From IMG/VR virus record IMGVR_UViG_3300048438_000153, positions 62,001 through 126,000 of that record: 64,000 nucleotides of DNA; one strand, given 5' to 3'. The position numbers and the translations under genes are program-made. The stretch's first letter is position 1; each line of letters starts with the position of its first letter. The notes beneath the pieces were generated by a model. It made no database searches. It was not told the origin of the DNA and was given only the letters and a program-made list of their open reading frames with translations. Positions 1-10,809 of this stretch are shown here, one piece after another.

Positions 1-2357
1 TAGAAAGTTCTTTCTGTGTCGCCTACATGACCCCCTGTTAAGAGTCTTCTCCCTTGAGGGTTGCTCATGAGAGCTTCTACAGAGGGCGTCTCTATACTCA
101 GTTTAGGGTCGAAGTTATAGGTCTTAGGCTCAATGAAAGGCACTTGTCCTTCACTCAGAGTTTCCCCACCTCTGTTCCAATCTTGGTTGGCTGTCAGAGG
201 ACGGTTTGAGATCGCCTCTAAGCGCACCATTTCTCCATCAAGACCGTCTATGTATAAGACACCGCTATCGACTCTGTAATCAGCGATCTCGGAGCTGTCT
301 GACAAGAGCGTGAGGGTGATGATGTAGCTAGGGATGAAACCGAAGGCGTGGAGTGGTACTGAACCATTGATGACCTTTGCGTTCCCTCTCGCTAAGTCTG
401 ATATTCTTTCTTTCTCAATCCCTTGAAAGAGATCCGATTGATTGAGCTTCAGCGCGCCCAAAATCAAGTTCGCGTTGTTAAGCCCGTGAGTCCTCTTCAC
501 AGAGGTTTTGACGCTAAAAAGCTCTTTCGTGAGCGGTGTCTCAGGAGATGCCGGAAATAAGCCTAGAGCGGGTAGGCTCGAAGTGCCTAATACCCTTAGA
601 CTTTTCTCCTGATATAAGCCCCGGTTCGCGTCTGAATCAGGTGTCGTGACTCGCCTTCCGTTGTTGAGTACAAAAGAAGGGCTGTTGAGGTCTGTGTACG
701 AGAACACATCACCTTCTCCATAGGGAACTCTGAAAGAAAGAACTGTACCTTCGGCCTCAAGTGTTGAAAGGGTCAGTCTATTAGTGATCGCGTCGTAACT
801 CTCAATAACGAGCCCATCTATGCTCGTAAGGTCACTCGCGATGATAGGCATCCCCTTGAATGTCTTTCTCAGGGGGAGACTCAGCTCAACAGTGGTCTGT
901 GTGTCAGTAGGGTCATTCTGAACTGTGACTTGAGTTGATCTGTACCTTAAAGGTGCGCTCTTCCAAGAGTAGTCTCGGAAAGTAACCTCTGAAAAGCCGT
1001 CTGTGGTAGCGATGTTGTCTGAGATGACCTCAAGCGCCCTAACATAGAAAGTGTTTCTCGCGCGCACCTCGATGAAGAAAGCAGACCCATCTAACAGAAG
1101 AAGCTCTCCCTCCCCTAAGAAAGAGAGGAGGCTGTTCCCTAAGTCGTTCGTAAAGTACCCATTGGTAATCGAGCTTGTTCCTGACTGAGACAGACGTGGT
1201 GCTTCCCAAGAATAAACTCCATCTTCAGGTCTAATCTCCTCTATAGAGACAGCGCGCCTGACTTGATGCTTGACTCCAACTCCGATTGCTCCTGTGTAGC
1301 CCACAGCTCTCGTTAGAAGACCTCCCGATTCCTCCACAAGACTCTTAAAGACTCGGATGCTTTTCCCTACTCCATACCCATAGACCACGCTCTCATAAGT
1401 ACCAGCTCTTGCTTTCCTCATGTTCTGTTGGAAAGAAGAGGCGTAAGTGAGACACAAGGGGCTCAAATCTCCCCACTCGACAAGACCATCTTCTGAAGAA
1501 ACCTCGTCATACTCGGGGGTAGCCTCAGTCGGATTATTTCTCAGGAAAGTAACCGTCTTGAACGAGGGGTGCGTGATGCTCTCACCTAGTAGAGAACTCA
1601 CCTCTCCTATCTTGACGTGGGCGGGCTTAGTGACGTTTAAGAGTTTTCTGATGTTCGCTTGGAGCTCAAGCACTTGCTGAGGTAGTCCGAAGTCTATTTC
1701 GTGTGTGTGCTCCGCGCCCTCTGAGTTAGTGTAGGGTTGAACCTCTCCGTTGATGACATCATGTTGGTGGAGATCATCTCCCCAAGAGTAGCCGATAGGA
1801 GAAAGGGTTGACCCGAGCCCCTGATCAGGAGCGAATACGAAGTGTCTATGCCCATCAGCCACCTTTGTGTAACTTAAGATAGACGTAAGGACGCTTATCA
1901 GGTGATTGTCAACCTGAGTGATCTCGACCCTAGAGCCACCCGAAGAGGTTGAGAGCAAGTCGAGGATCGCGCTCTCTTTCGACCCCTCAATCAACGCCAC
2001 TACAGTCGCTAAGATTATTTCTTTCAGGGTGAGATCATCGCTCGCGGTCGGTTCTTGATCTTCCTCGAAGATGAGAGAGGTGAGCTTAGTTGTCAGGAAC
2101 TCCACTCTTAAGTCCGAGTAATCAAGGTCATCACTCAAGTCAGCGATGTCTAAGACCATGTTGGCGAATATCTCAGAAACGCCGTCATAGATGATCTTAT
2201 GGTTCGCGCCGTACTGTGTAGACTTGTAGTTCGACGCAGTACCTGAAGCAATCGAGGTGCTGATTTTCTGAGTGAGGGTTTTGACGAGCTTTCTTGTAGG
2301 TGTGGATTGCTCTCCTAGAGGGTCTTTCACACTACGGTTGTCGTAATAGACTTTCAT
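1..2357 (-). CDS. baseplate wedge protein (P2 gpI/gp7-like N-terminus), partial; runs off the left edge
   Basis: Not in the ORF track, apparently because it has no stop in the window. Its ATG at 2357 overlaps the upstream stop (TGATG). Manual translation gives MKVYYDNRSVKDPLGEQ... and includes LLNVTKPAHVKI, a KPAH motif typical of gpI-like wedge proteins. It lies directly after the J-like gene. Confidence 0.7.
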   Translation of the reverse strand, partial: MKVYYDNRSVKDPLGEQSTPTRKLVKTLTQKISTSIASGTASNYKSTQYGANHKIIYDGVSEIFANMVLDIADLSDDLDYSDLRVEFLTTKLTSLIFEEDQEPTASDDLTLKEIILATVVALIEGSKESAILDLLSTSSGGSRVEITQVDNHLISVLTSILSYTKVADGHRHFVFAPDQGLGSTLSPIGYSWGDDLHQHDVINGEVQPYTNSEGAEHTHEIDFGLPQQVLELQANIRKLLNVTKPAHVKIGEVSSLLGESITHPSFKTVTFLRNNPTEATPEYDEVSSEDGLVEWGDLSPLCLTYASSFQQNMRKARAGTYESVVYGYGVGKSIRVFKSLVEESGGLLTRAVGYTGAIGVGVKHQVRRAVSIEEIRPEDGVYSWEAPRLSQSGTSSITNGYFTNDLGNSLLSFLGEGELLLLDGSAFFIEVRARNTFYVRALEVISDNIATTDGFSEVTFRDYSWKSAPLRYRSTQVTVQNDPTDTQTTVELSLPLRKTFKGMPIIASDLTSIDGLVIESYDAITNRLTLSTLEAEGTVLSFRVPYGEGDVFSYTDLNSPSFVLNNGRRVTTPDSDANRGLYQEKSLRVLGTSSLPALGLFPASPETPLTKELFSVKTSVKRTHGLNNANLILGALKLNQSDLFQGIEKERISDLARGNAKVINGSVPLHAFGFIPSYIITLTLLSDSSEIADYRVDSGVLYIDGLDGEMVRLEAISNRPLTANQDWNRGGETLSEGQVPFIEPKTYNFDPKLSIETPSVEALMSNPQGRRLLTGGHVGDTERTF

Positions 2358-5300
2358 CAGGACTCCTCCTCAAAAGTGAAGCTCAGCTCCCCCACAGAGA
2401 AAGAAGAAAACTCGTTCAGGCGAGCTTCAGAAATAACCTCAATCTTATCCGCGACTGTGTAATCGACGTAGAAAACATAGCTGTAAGGGTCATCTCCTAC
2501 CTCTAAGCCTACGGCAATCTTGCTCGCGCTATCTTCAAGACCGACTATCCCTGAGTCTCCTAAGATTGTTGCGGTGTTCGACTTCCAATTTGCCGAGTTA
2601 TTTCTTTCAATGTCACTCAATACAGAGAGCTCAGTCTCTACTCCTGTAGATAGGCTTTTCTTAAAGACCCGAGCGTTCAAACCACCTGAGTCTATGGGCG
2701 TGTTCAACAGCCTTGTGTCTATGACCCACACGCGAGAAAGACCGTTAGAAAGAGAGCCGTTCTCTCGGTACTCGCTTAAAGCAACCTTAACCTTTTCCCT
2801 GATGATCGAAGTACCCTCTGCAAAAGAGAGCTTAACAAGGGGAAGGCTCACATGGCTCACTCCCTCTGTTGAGTTGATCTCTCTGATTATTTCTGAAGGT
2901 CTAATCACGCCTCCGATGTTCGTAGAGACAATGAAGCTCGACAAGTTGTACTGTAGGAGCGAGTTCACATCCGAAGATGAGAATCCCCTTTCAAGAACAA
3001 TCGAAGCGTTGATGTTCAGAGGTGCTTCTCTAATTTCTTTCACGAGAACATCCGCGCCTAAGTTTTTCTGAGTATCTAACAAGTCCTGTGCGTTCTTGAC
3101 TACTAGGTTTGTCGAGTACGTCACGACAATGTTCTCAAGATAGTTGTAGGAAATGAGAATCGTCTCTCCATCTGTGATCCTAGATCCCTCTGTTCTCTTG
3201 ATTGAGAGTTGACCCACGCCGTCGCTCAAGATCGAGTAGTCAGGGTCAACTGTGTAAGGACTGTCGTAAGTCACGTTAGAAAGATTCTTAACTACGATAG
3301 AAAGAGGATCAGCGCCAAGCTTCAATAGCCTCTCCTCATAGAATCCAGTGATGACATGGTTCTCATCAGAAACGGTTCTGATCTTGTCCTCTGACGTGTT
3401 AGAAAGAACAACACTCGCTGTGTCTCTTGAAGACCTCCCCAAGAAGAGAGGGTCATTGTTATTCTTGACTGAATAATTGGCGATCTCCGCGCCATCCTCA
3501 TCGACCACAGAAAGAACCTCTCTGACAGGCTGTCTAGAAAGAACTAGCTCTGAAGAGAAGTCGCTCCTCCAATCCCCTGTGAAGATGTCCCCTAAGTTGT
3601 AAGAGGGCTGACTGATAGAGGAGTCGAGTCGGATTGTCCGATAGTCCTCCACAACGTACCCTGTAAGGTCGAAGTAAGTCTTTGTAGTGGCGTTGTATAG
3701 TCCAAATCTTACTGAGGAGAAAGTACGGTCAATCAGCTCAAAGATAGGAGTCTCTACAGTAGCGTCTAAAGACCTAAAACGATAAGCCCCGATGCCACCT
3801 ATGGGAATGAACCGAGAGCCAAATATAGACTGATATGAGGGGGCAAATACGTCTGTCACGTTGGCTAAAGATTCCCCCTTAACCCACACGTCTACTTTGC
3901 CCCCTCTCCCATCATCTCTTTTCATGTATTCGCTACTCGCGTCTACCACAAAAGAGTCTAAGACTCCCGCCACAGACCTACTCAGCCTCTCATACCCTCC
4001 CTTAGTCCCTCCGTCTACAGAGTCGAGAGAGCTGAGAGCCCTGATCGCTAGCTCAATGTTATTCTCAACATCGTCTCCTCCAAAGGTTGGGGAGGGGTTC
4101 ATCACAGAAAGACCTAGAGGCGCGCCTCGATTGATCATCCCTGTAGTGAGGTTGCCTCTAACACCGCCAATTTCAGCGACGATAGGCACTCTTATTGAGT
4201 ACCTCTTTGTCACAGGGTTGTAGAAACGCGATGCGTCCTCTAGTGGAATAGACGCTGACGTGGTGGTTATGAAGTTCTGACCGCCTCCTGTCACTCTCGT
4301 ACTACTAGGGATCGAGAAAGAGAAAGTAGGGGGCGTAGTGGTGAAAAACTCGACCACTCCACTCGCCTGAGAAGAAAGTCGTCTCTGAACGCCGAAGTTA
4401 GAGGCGAGCTTCTCAAAGGCGCTGTCGATTAAGATCTGCACTTGATCAGGAGACTCTAGAAAGAGTGATGACTGAAGCGCAGACTTGTACTGACTGTCCT
4501 CCACAGCAATAGATGTTCCCTCGTTAAGTGGGTCGTCAATCTGAAGAAGCCCTAGAAAGCTTGAGCTCCTGTATGAGAAATCGAGCAAGAACCTTGCTCT
4601 TTCCATTTCTGACGCGATTGGGTCAATGATCACATCCCTCACTACAGATCCCGCCACAACCGACACATCAGGTTGCGCCAAGTAAATAGTCTGAACCATG
4701 TCAGCAACGAGCTGATCTCTCGTCACCACAGGGATCGAAGAGTTTGAGCTTGAGATTTGAACGGGCTTGCCAGCCACCTCAGAAGAATAAGAGGACTCCA
4801 CCTCTACACCGTTAACGACTTTTGTTGCGCTCACGATGTAATAAAGAGGCTCAGAAGAAGGGAGACTAGTGAAAAGCCCTACCTGAACTGTCTTTGGAGT
4901 TGAGAACTCTGTGGCGGAGCGGTTGTGCAAGAAAGAAATACTAGTTTTAAGGTACACGTTATTGATTGCGCTAGACACCCTCAGCCTATTCGCGTACTCA
5001 GGGATTTCTTTCTCCCCTAAAGAGGTGGTAGAGAGCGCGGTATCCCCATCTTTTTGGTTGACTAGAATCTCGGCGAATAAAGGGTCAGCAGACTCAAGAA
5101 CGACATCAGTCTGAAGCTGTCCGATCTCTTCAACTACCTCTGTCCGTGAGCCATACTTAACAGGGTCAAGAGGCTCAAAGTTAACTTGCTGATAACCCTC
5201 CGCACCACCCCCTGAGATGGTACTCGCATACAGCGCGTAGTAAGACACCTCTGAGTCAGTGTGGGAGAAAGAAATCTCAACTGCATTACTCCTCCTCTTT

Positions 5301-5647
5301 ACTACGAGCCCTGTAGGTGGTTCAGGCAAGCCGACCGCCTCATCTGAGAGAATCACATTAACTACAAAACCATCTCGGTTTGAGTCTTCTTTCAGAGTAA
5401 AGGTATTGACCCCTGAAGAGAGGTCAAAGCCTTCGGGAAAGACAGAAGGGTTAGGGAACGTGAAAGCGCCGTCTACATCAAGCAAGACATCACCACTAGC
5501 GGAGGTGAATGTCTCTCCCTTGTATTGAACGTCTACGCTCGACGTACCTGAAGAGAAGCCCCTAAGAAATAGACTCTCTTTCGCGGTAGAGAAAGTAGAA
5601 GGAAGAGGCGCTCTCTTGCCTTCGGGTGTAACTATATATTCAATCAT
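2357..5647 (-). CDS. baseplate J-like wedge protein (1096 aa) with N-terminal FN3/Ig-like extension
   Basis: Motifs GSVVRDVIIDP, ASGVVEF, GGVRGNL, NPSPTFGGDDVENN.ELAIR, GGKVDVWV and INSTEGVSHV match the baseplate J layout. PEPPTGLVV resembles an FN3 start. Confidence 0.85.
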   Translation of the reverse strand: MIEYIVTPEGKRAPLPSTFSTAKESLFLRGFSSGTSSVDVQYKGETFTSASGDVLLDVDGAFTFPNPSVFPEGFDLSSGVNTFTLKEDSNRDGFVVNVILSDEAVGLPEPPTGLVVKRRSNAVEISFSHTDSEVSYYALYASTISGGGAEGYQQVNFEPLDPVKYGSRTEVVEEIGQLQTDVVLESADPLFAEILVNQKDGDTALSTTSLGEKEIPEYANRLRVSSAINNVYLKTSISFLHNRSATEFSTPKTVQVGLFTSLPSSEPLYYIVSATKVVNGVEVESSYSSEVAGKPVQISSSNSSIPVVTRDQLVADMVQTIYLAQPDVSVVAGSVVRDVIIDPIASEMERARFLLDFSYRSSSFLGLLQIDDPLNEGTSIAVEDSQYKSALQSSLFLESPDQVQILIDSAFEKLASNFGVQRRLSSQASGVVEFFTTTPPTFSFSIPSSTRVTGGGQNFITTTSASIPLEDASRFYNPVTKRYSIRVPIVAEIGGVRGNLTTGMINRGAPLGLSVMNPSPTFGGDDVENNIELAIRALSSLDSVDGGTKGGYERLSRSVAGVLDSFVVDASSEYMKRDDGRGGKVDVWVKGESLANVTDVFAPSYQSIFGSRFIPIGGIGAYRFRSLDATVETPIFELIDRTFSSVRFGLYNATTKTYFDLTGYVVEDYRTIRLDSSISQPSYNLGDIFTGDWRSDFSSELVLSRQPVREVLSVVDEDGAEIANYSVKNNNDPLFLGRSSRDTASVVLSNTSEDKIRTVSDENHVITGFYEERLLKLGADPLSIVVKNLSNVTYDSPYTVDPDYSILSDGVGQLSIKRTEGSRITDGETILISYNYLENIVVTYSTNLVVKNAQDLLDTQKNLGADVLVKEIREAPLNINASIVLERGFSSSDVNSLLQYNLSSFIVSTNIGGVIRPSEIIREINSTEGVSHVSLPLVKLSFAEGTSIIREKVKVALSEYRENGSLSNGLSRVWVIDTRLLNTPIDSGGLNARVFKKSLSTGVETELSVLSDIERNNSANWKSNTATILGDSGIVGLEDSASKIAVGLEVGDDPYSYVFYVDYTVADKIEVISEARLNEFSSFSVGELSFTFEEES

Positions 5648-6690
5648 GATAAATCTCCATCAAGAGGGATCGAGCCGGGTACTGCGAAGATGATGTTTAT
5701 ACTGACGGGCTGAGCAGAAAAGCTCTCGACAATCACTCTCACTAAGTAAGCTGTCTCATCATCCCCAATCGTAGACACCTCGACGCCCAAGACTTTCTTA
5801 ATTCTTTCCTCATAACTCATGGTCTGTACTCTCGCCTGTTGCGTCTGTACGTCGATGAGGTTATCGAGCGCGTCTCTCACAGAGGACTTGAGGGCTTGAA
5901 CCACGCCCGCGCTCACTTTCTGACCAATCAAGCTAGGGGCAGTAGAACCATAGAAAGTTTGATAGGGGTTCGACCCTCTCGTTGTGAGCAGAGCTTTGGC
6001 GACTCTTTGATAGAGAAGATCATATCCCTCGATTACCTTGAGCCCACCATAATCGTCAAATCTGAAGTCATTCTCTACACCCGTACCCGAGCACCGCCTA
6101 CAGTAACTCTTTTCTGCTGTGTATGAGACATCAAGAACACCCTCAGAGTAATACGGCTTAGAAAGAAGAATCTTGTAGCCCACGAAGTTCCTCTGCTTGA
6201 CGATTTTCCATGAGGGGAAGACCTCTTTCCCTTTGGCTCTGTAGGAGTTCGCACTGAAGCCTAGTTTCTTAACTACTGACCCACTGATCTTGAACCCGTC
6301 AGAAAGAAGCGAGTCTGTGATCTTTACGGAGGTCTTGTGAGCCTCTGCTGAAAGAGGGTATGGGAGAGCCTCATTCAGCACCCTGACCATCTCTGCTTGA
6401 GAAATAATCTTAGAGGGTAACTTGATCTCTTTTCTAGAGATACCTGACCCTTCTATGACGAGCACGTCTTCCCCTGATTTTACGCGATAGGGAGATGCGC
6501 TTGGAAAGACTGTTTCAGAGCTCTTTCTTAGCCCTTCAGGTGGGATGCTTACGCCGTCTCTTCGGAGGTCGAGCAAGCCCTGTCCCGAAATAGGAGAGAG
6601 GGTCACGATCTCTCGACCGCCTAAGATGGTAACGTCCTCGAACCTGATGTAATGAGGACACGCATGGGCTATCTGAGCGTCTTTGCTCAT
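5644..6690 (-). CDS. baseplate wedge/sheath initiator (gp25/gpW-like C-terminal domain)
   Basis: The C-terminal LYQRVAKALLTTRGSNPYQTFYGS...LIG matches the gp25/GPW pattern. It is preceded by a CxxCxGxG motif and lies directly upstream of J-like. Confidence 0.7.
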   Translation of the reverse strand: MSKDAQIAHACPHYIRFEDVTILGGREIVTLSPISGQGLLDLRRDGVSIPPEGLRKSSETVFPSASPYRVKSGEDVLVIEGSGISRKEIKLPSKIISQAEMVRVLNEALPYPLSAEAHKTSVKITDSLLSDGFKISGSVVKKLGFSANSYRAKGKEVFPSWKIVKQRNFVGYKILLSKPYYSEGVLDVSYTAEKSYCRRCSGTGVENDFRFDDYGGLKVIEGYDLLYQRVAKALLTTRGSNPYQTFYGSTAPSLIGQKVSAGVVQALKSSVRDALDNLIDVQTQQARVQTMSYEERIKKVLGVEVSTIGDDETAYLVRVIVESFSAQPVSINIIFAVPGSIPLDGDLS

Positions 6691-6740
6691 ATCTCACACT
6701 CTCTTTCTGAATAATGACTCACGAAAGAGAGTGTGAGATA
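6690..6740 (-). promoter_or_regulatory. perfect 18-bp inverted repeat covering the RBS and start of the gp25-like gene
   Basis: tatctcacactctctttc (6690-6707) is the reverse complement of gaaagagagtgtgagata (6723-6740). Confidence 0.8.
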
Positions 6741-6754
6741 AAGCATTTATTCTC

Positions 6755-9700
6755 TTAGATATCCTCTACTTCTTTTTCAAAGTCAGCGCGAACCATTGCT
6801 TCGATCTGCTCTTCGCTCATCTTATATATCTCAGCCAAGCTCTCAACCGTGTTAGGGTTAATACCCACTTCAACAATCTCACTATCGCCAACCACATCGG
6901 AGGCGAGGAACATAAGAAGGTTCAGGTCTGCGAGCAGACCCTTGAAGTTATTCAGAGTGTTTTTGTAAAGGGAGAAGGTAATCGAGTTAGTGCCTCCGAG
7001 AAGACCTTGCCATTGTTTACCATCTTCAATCTTCTCTACAAGCGTATCGAGATTTCCTGAAAGATAGTTCATACCCTTGCCTAGAGCTTGAGTAAGGACT
7101 AAAGAAGATTCTTCTTCATTTAAAATAGCCAGACCTTGAGGTGTAGAGTCATACCCCTTTCGGAAATCTTTGTATTCATCGTCAGATTTGATTTCAGGAT
7201 GCACCGCTCCGACAAGGTTTCTGAAGAAACTCTGAAGGTGTACTGAAAAGCCGACATCTGAGAACACATTGGGCTTAGGATAAGAATAAGCTCTACCCTC
7301 TGTATCTACTAGAACAACGCTGTTAGTGTCAGGGTAAGGGGTCTTTAAGAAAGCAAAAAGAAGCCCTCTCTCAAGCTCGTCCTGACTCACAGAAGGGAAA
7401 GACGTAGGGTCTTTCTGAATCAAGTCGGTGATCTTATCAACTTGAGCTTCTCTCGTGTTCTCATACACAGGCAAGAAAGTACGGCTCTCGAAAGGGTACT
7501 TGTTTCTGAGGGCGTTAATCTTACGAATAGCGTTCGCCCTGTTCGCAACTGAAAGATCCTTAACATTAGTTAGGATGTTGGAGTTCTCTCCAAAGAACTC
7601 ACCCACGCCAGTTGCTTCAAGATTAACGACAGCAGAGATACCCGCTTGAACAACCTTGTTGTATGATTCTAAAATGGCTTCTTCTTGCTCTTCAACTGCG
7701 GGCGCATAACGGTAGTTCTTAGAAACACCGCGATCTTGTCGGGCTAGTCTGAGAGCATCTCGAACGTCCTCTTGATACTTCTTTCTAGCCTGACCGCGCT
7801 TTCTTTGAATCTCATGAGTACCTGACTCAATGTCGTCGAGCTCTTCCCTCGCCTCTGCGGTATCTTGACCCTCAAGAGACTCTATACGAGTCTCAAGCTC
7901 TTTTGAGATGCTCTCAAGGTTCGCCTCATGCTCCTCTTTCAACTCTTTCTTAACGCGATCTTCAAAAGTCACGATATTAGAGTGAATGTAAGCGGTACGA
8001 AGCTCCGTGACTTTCTTGAGAAGTTCTTCGCCCTCAACAATCTCAGTAAGCTTACTCTGTGCTTCGGTGGCTTTCTGAACATAGCCATTAGCCATATTCC
8101 TTGAGAAAGAGTCGAAAGCTCTGATCGCGTCAAGATTACCACTGAGGAAATCCCTGATCTCCTTCGACCCTATAGAGATCTCTTCCTCAATCTGCTTTTC
8201 AGACTTAGACATAGCTTCGTCAAAGAAGCTGTTAGAAACCCTCAACTCTTTTGACGCCCCTGTCATGATCGACTTGGCGTTGCGGTTGGTGAGCTTCTTG
8301 CCTTTCTTGTTATCACCCGGAGTCACTTTACCCTTAGCATCAACAGTCACCTCAAAGCCCTTCTTCTTACACACCTTGTCAAAGGTTTCGGCGGAACCTG
8401 AATGCTTGATGATCTCATTTCTGATTGAAGTAAGAATCTTTGAAGTTGTCGGATCAGAGCTCTTTTCTGCGAAAGAAAGAGTTTTCTGCGCGACAAACGT
8501 GTCCCAACCGAGAGATTTAAGAACCTGACGGCTCGTTCGGTCGGCAACTGCTTCGTGTGGGAAGTAGTGAGACCCGATCCTTCTAGCGGGGTCGCCCACG
8601 TTCTCTTTAATTGAGTCTCTGAGAAGTGAGCTGACTGTGCTTCCGAGAGACTCCTTGTAGGTTTCACTGAGGATTTCTTTCTGAGCATCAACCTCAACCA
8701 CAATCTTAGTGAGTAATTTCTTGGCTTCTTTGCCCGCTTGCTTGTCTCCCTCGTCGAACAAGTCGAGGATACTATACGCTTCCTCAATCAACTCCTGATC
8801 TGTTGAACTCACTTGCCCAAGAGTCTCAAAGGCGTAATCGACATCTTCCTGTTTTTTCTTGCCTTTAGAAGTAAGGGTAGAGATCGCTTGCTGAACTCTC
8901 ACAAGATCCCTCAGCTCACTTGTAGACTGATCTACTGCTTGCTTAGCCTCTGTGGTGAGGTTTCTCTGAATGGCGTTTGCAACGCTCAAGTCTCTCGCAC
9001 TTAAGCCTTTCAAACCTGATCCTGTCGCCATACCCGCAATAGCTGTGACAGCATCCACACTCTTAGACCCCTGAACAGGAGTGTAGTCTGAGACACTATA
9101 GCGAGAAAGCGGGTGTCCTGAACTTTCCCCTACAGGTAGGAGAGTCAGCTCACTTCTGCGCTGATTGATCTTATCAATATAAGAGAGCTGACTCTCTATA
9201 TGATCCCTTAGCCCTCCCATATCGCTATCTTCATCAATATCGCCTGAAAAGTCGTACTTGTCAGCGACCTCTTTGATGGCATCTTTAAAGGCTTTGACTA
9301 AACGCTTAGAAGACACATAAAAAGACGCATCTCTTAAGCTGTAAATCTCTGTAGGAGCTGTGTTTAAAACTAGGTACAACTCACCCACAACAGACTCAAT
9401 ATTTTCGAGCTTATCGTAATCACCGTCAATATCATCTTCTACAGGGGCGTTAATCTGAGCACTACGACTCTTGATCAAGCTACGAGACTCTCTCTTAAGG
9501 GTGGCTTCATCATAACCACCGTCAAGGAAAACGAGCTCTCTTGGCTCAAGCTGACCGCGCCTGAAGAGCTTGTCATAGACGATTCCCCTGAGCTTCTTCT
9601 GATTACTCTCTGAGTCAGAAATGAGAGAGAGATTATCAAGTAAGAAACGCAGATCCTCTTTAGTGACCCTATCCGTAGTCACAAGGTCAAGAATAGCGTG

Positions 9701-10750
9701 TGCATAGTCCGACTTCTCTTCCTCAGAAGGACTGCCTTTCTTATAGGTAGCCCTCGCATCCGAAAGAGACTCACGCGCCTCACCTGTGTCTGACTGCGTT
9801 CTTTCTTTATTGACGACATCCACGAGATCAGAGTAAGCCTGACTCACGTTCTCAAGAACAACGTCGAAAGCTTCCTGATTACCGAAGCTCGCAGACTTGT
9901 CTTCTTTAACCGCTCGGTCAATGATGTCGAGCATCGTGTGGTTAACGCGAGAGACTTGGCTAAAAATGAATCGTGACCTGTTTTTCCATGAGAACACGCC
10001 TTTACCAATCTTAGGGTCGTTCTCACCGAGTGCTTCGATCTTCTTCTTTCGGAGAGTAGCTGACCTAAAGAGCTTATAGAAGAGAGTCCCACTCTTTGGG
10101 CCTTTCTTAAGAGATGACCGAGAAAGAAAATCCTCTTCTGAACCAACGTCCTCTGACCGCCCGATTAGCGCCTCTAGAATCTTCTCGACGACGTACTCTC
10201 CGAGAGGGTAACCACCGATGTACTGAGCTTGCTCGTAAAGCATACCGCCCTTACCGACTCTCTGTTTAACGATGCTCGCGACAACCCACTCAATGCTGTA
10301 AGTGACCTCAATCGACCGATCAATAATCTTTCTTAAAAGCTGATCTTTCTGAGCGTCTGCCACACCTGTACCTTGAAAAACCACCTCAGCGAATGAAACA
10401 CCCTCGGGAGTCTTGAGCTTCTTGAGTGCTCGGACAAGTTGAGAGGGCTCAGAAAGAGTCCTGAACCTTCTGAATGCCTGTTGAGAAGGGAAATCCTCAA
10501 CATCAAGACCAAGAGCGTAAATGAGCGCGGTGTTGTGAATCATGAAGCGGAAAGAACCGAGTAACTCGCGCACCGCGAGTCTGTCCTCGCGAGTTACGGC
10601 AATCTTAGAGAAAGAAGAGGCGATCTTCTTTCTGAGTGCCACACCAACTTTAGCATTGATTGATGCCGTCTTGATGTCTGAAGCGGGTCGAGTGCCAATC
10701 TCCTCTAAGGAAAGTATTGAAGGCACGATCTCGTGTGCAGAAAGAAGCAT
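6755..10750 (-). CDS. large hypothetical helical/coiled-coil protein (~1330 aa), probable internal virion protein
   Basis: Long ORF. I placed the start at Met 10750 (GGAGA RBS) rather than 10771. It carries an N-terminal IKTAS...KKIASSF motif. No family recognised. Confidence 0.6.
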   Translation of the reverse strand: MLLSAHEIVPSILSLEEIGTRPASDIKTASINAKVGVALRKKIASSFSKIAVTREDRLAVRELLGSFRFMIHNTALIYALGLDVEDFPSQQAFRRFRTLSEPSQLVRALKKLKTPEGVSFAEVVFQGTGVADAQKDQLLRKIIDRSIEVTYSIEWVVASIVKQRVGKGGMLYEQAQYIGGYPLGEYVVEKILEALIGRSEDVGSEEDFLSRSSLKKGPKSGTLFYKLFRSATLRKKKIEALGENDPKIGKGVFSWKNRSRFIFSQVSRVNHTMLDIIDRAVKEDKSASFGNQEAFDVVLENVSQAYSDLVDVVNKERTQSDTGEARESLSDARATYKKGSPSEEEKSDYAHAILDLVTTDRVTKEDLRFLLDNLSLISDSESNQKKLRGIVYDKLFRRGQLEPRELVFLDGGYDEATLKRESRSLIKSRSAQINAPVEDDIDGDYDKLENIESVVGELYLVLNTAPTEIYSLRDASFYVSSKRLVKAFKDAIKEVADKYDFSGDIDEDSDMGGLRDHIESQLSYIDKINQRRSELTLLPVGESSGHPLSRYSVSDYTPVQGSKSVDAVTAIAGMATGSGLKGLSARDLSVANAIQRNLTTEAKQAVDQSTSELRDLVRVQQAISTLTSKGKKKQEDVDYAFETLGQVSSTDQELIEEAYSILDLFDEGDKQAGKEAKKLLTKIVVEVDAQKEILSETYKESLGSTVSSLLRDSIKENVGDPARRIGSHYFPHEAVADRTSRQVLKSLGWDTFVAQKTLSFAEKSSDPTTSKILTSIRNEIIKHSGSAETFDKVCKKKGFEVTVDAKGKVTPGDNKKGKKLTNRNAKSIMTGASKELRVSNSFFDEAMSKSEKQIEEEISIGSKEIRDFLSGNLDAIRAFDSFSRNMANGYVQKATEAQSKLTEIVEGEELLKKVTELRTAYIHSNIVTFEDRVKKELKEEHEANLESISKELETRIESLEGQDTAEAREELDDIESGTHEIQRKRGQARKKYQEDVRDALRLARQDRGVSKNYRYAPAVEEQEEAILESYNKVVQAGISAVVNLEATGVGEFFGENSNILTNVKDLSVANRANAIRKINALRNKYPFESRTFLPVYENTREAQVDKITDLIQKDPTSFPSVSQDELERGLLFAFLKTPYPDTNSVVLVDTEGRAYSYPKPNVFSDVGFSVHLQSFFRNLVGAVHPEIKSDDEYKDFRKGYDSTPQGLAILNEEESSLVLTQALGKGMNYLSGNLDTLVEKIEDGKQWQGLLGGTNSITFSLYKNTLNNFKGLLADLNLLMFLASDVVGDSEIVEVGINPNTVESLAEIYKMSEEQIEAMVRADFEKEVEDI

Positions 10751-10797
10751 AGTCATCTCCATTAAGGTCATATTTTATATCCTACCCACGTATCAAG

Positions 10798-10809
10798 ATA
10801 AATAATCTA
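10798..10809 (-). promoter_or_regulatory. putative late-promoter element TAGATTATTTAT (representative of a family, consensus about TWNWTNNTYTAT)
   Basis: Similar 12-mers occur 38-57 nt upstream of about 14 starts; see findings. Confidence 0.6.

Noticed and set aside
1447-10805. Plus-strand ORFs of 60-183 aa (e.g. 2520-3071, 3861-4223) and similar shadow ORFs across the window
   Set aside because: They are antisense or out-of-frame shadows of long genuine genes, without RBSs or recognisable motifs.
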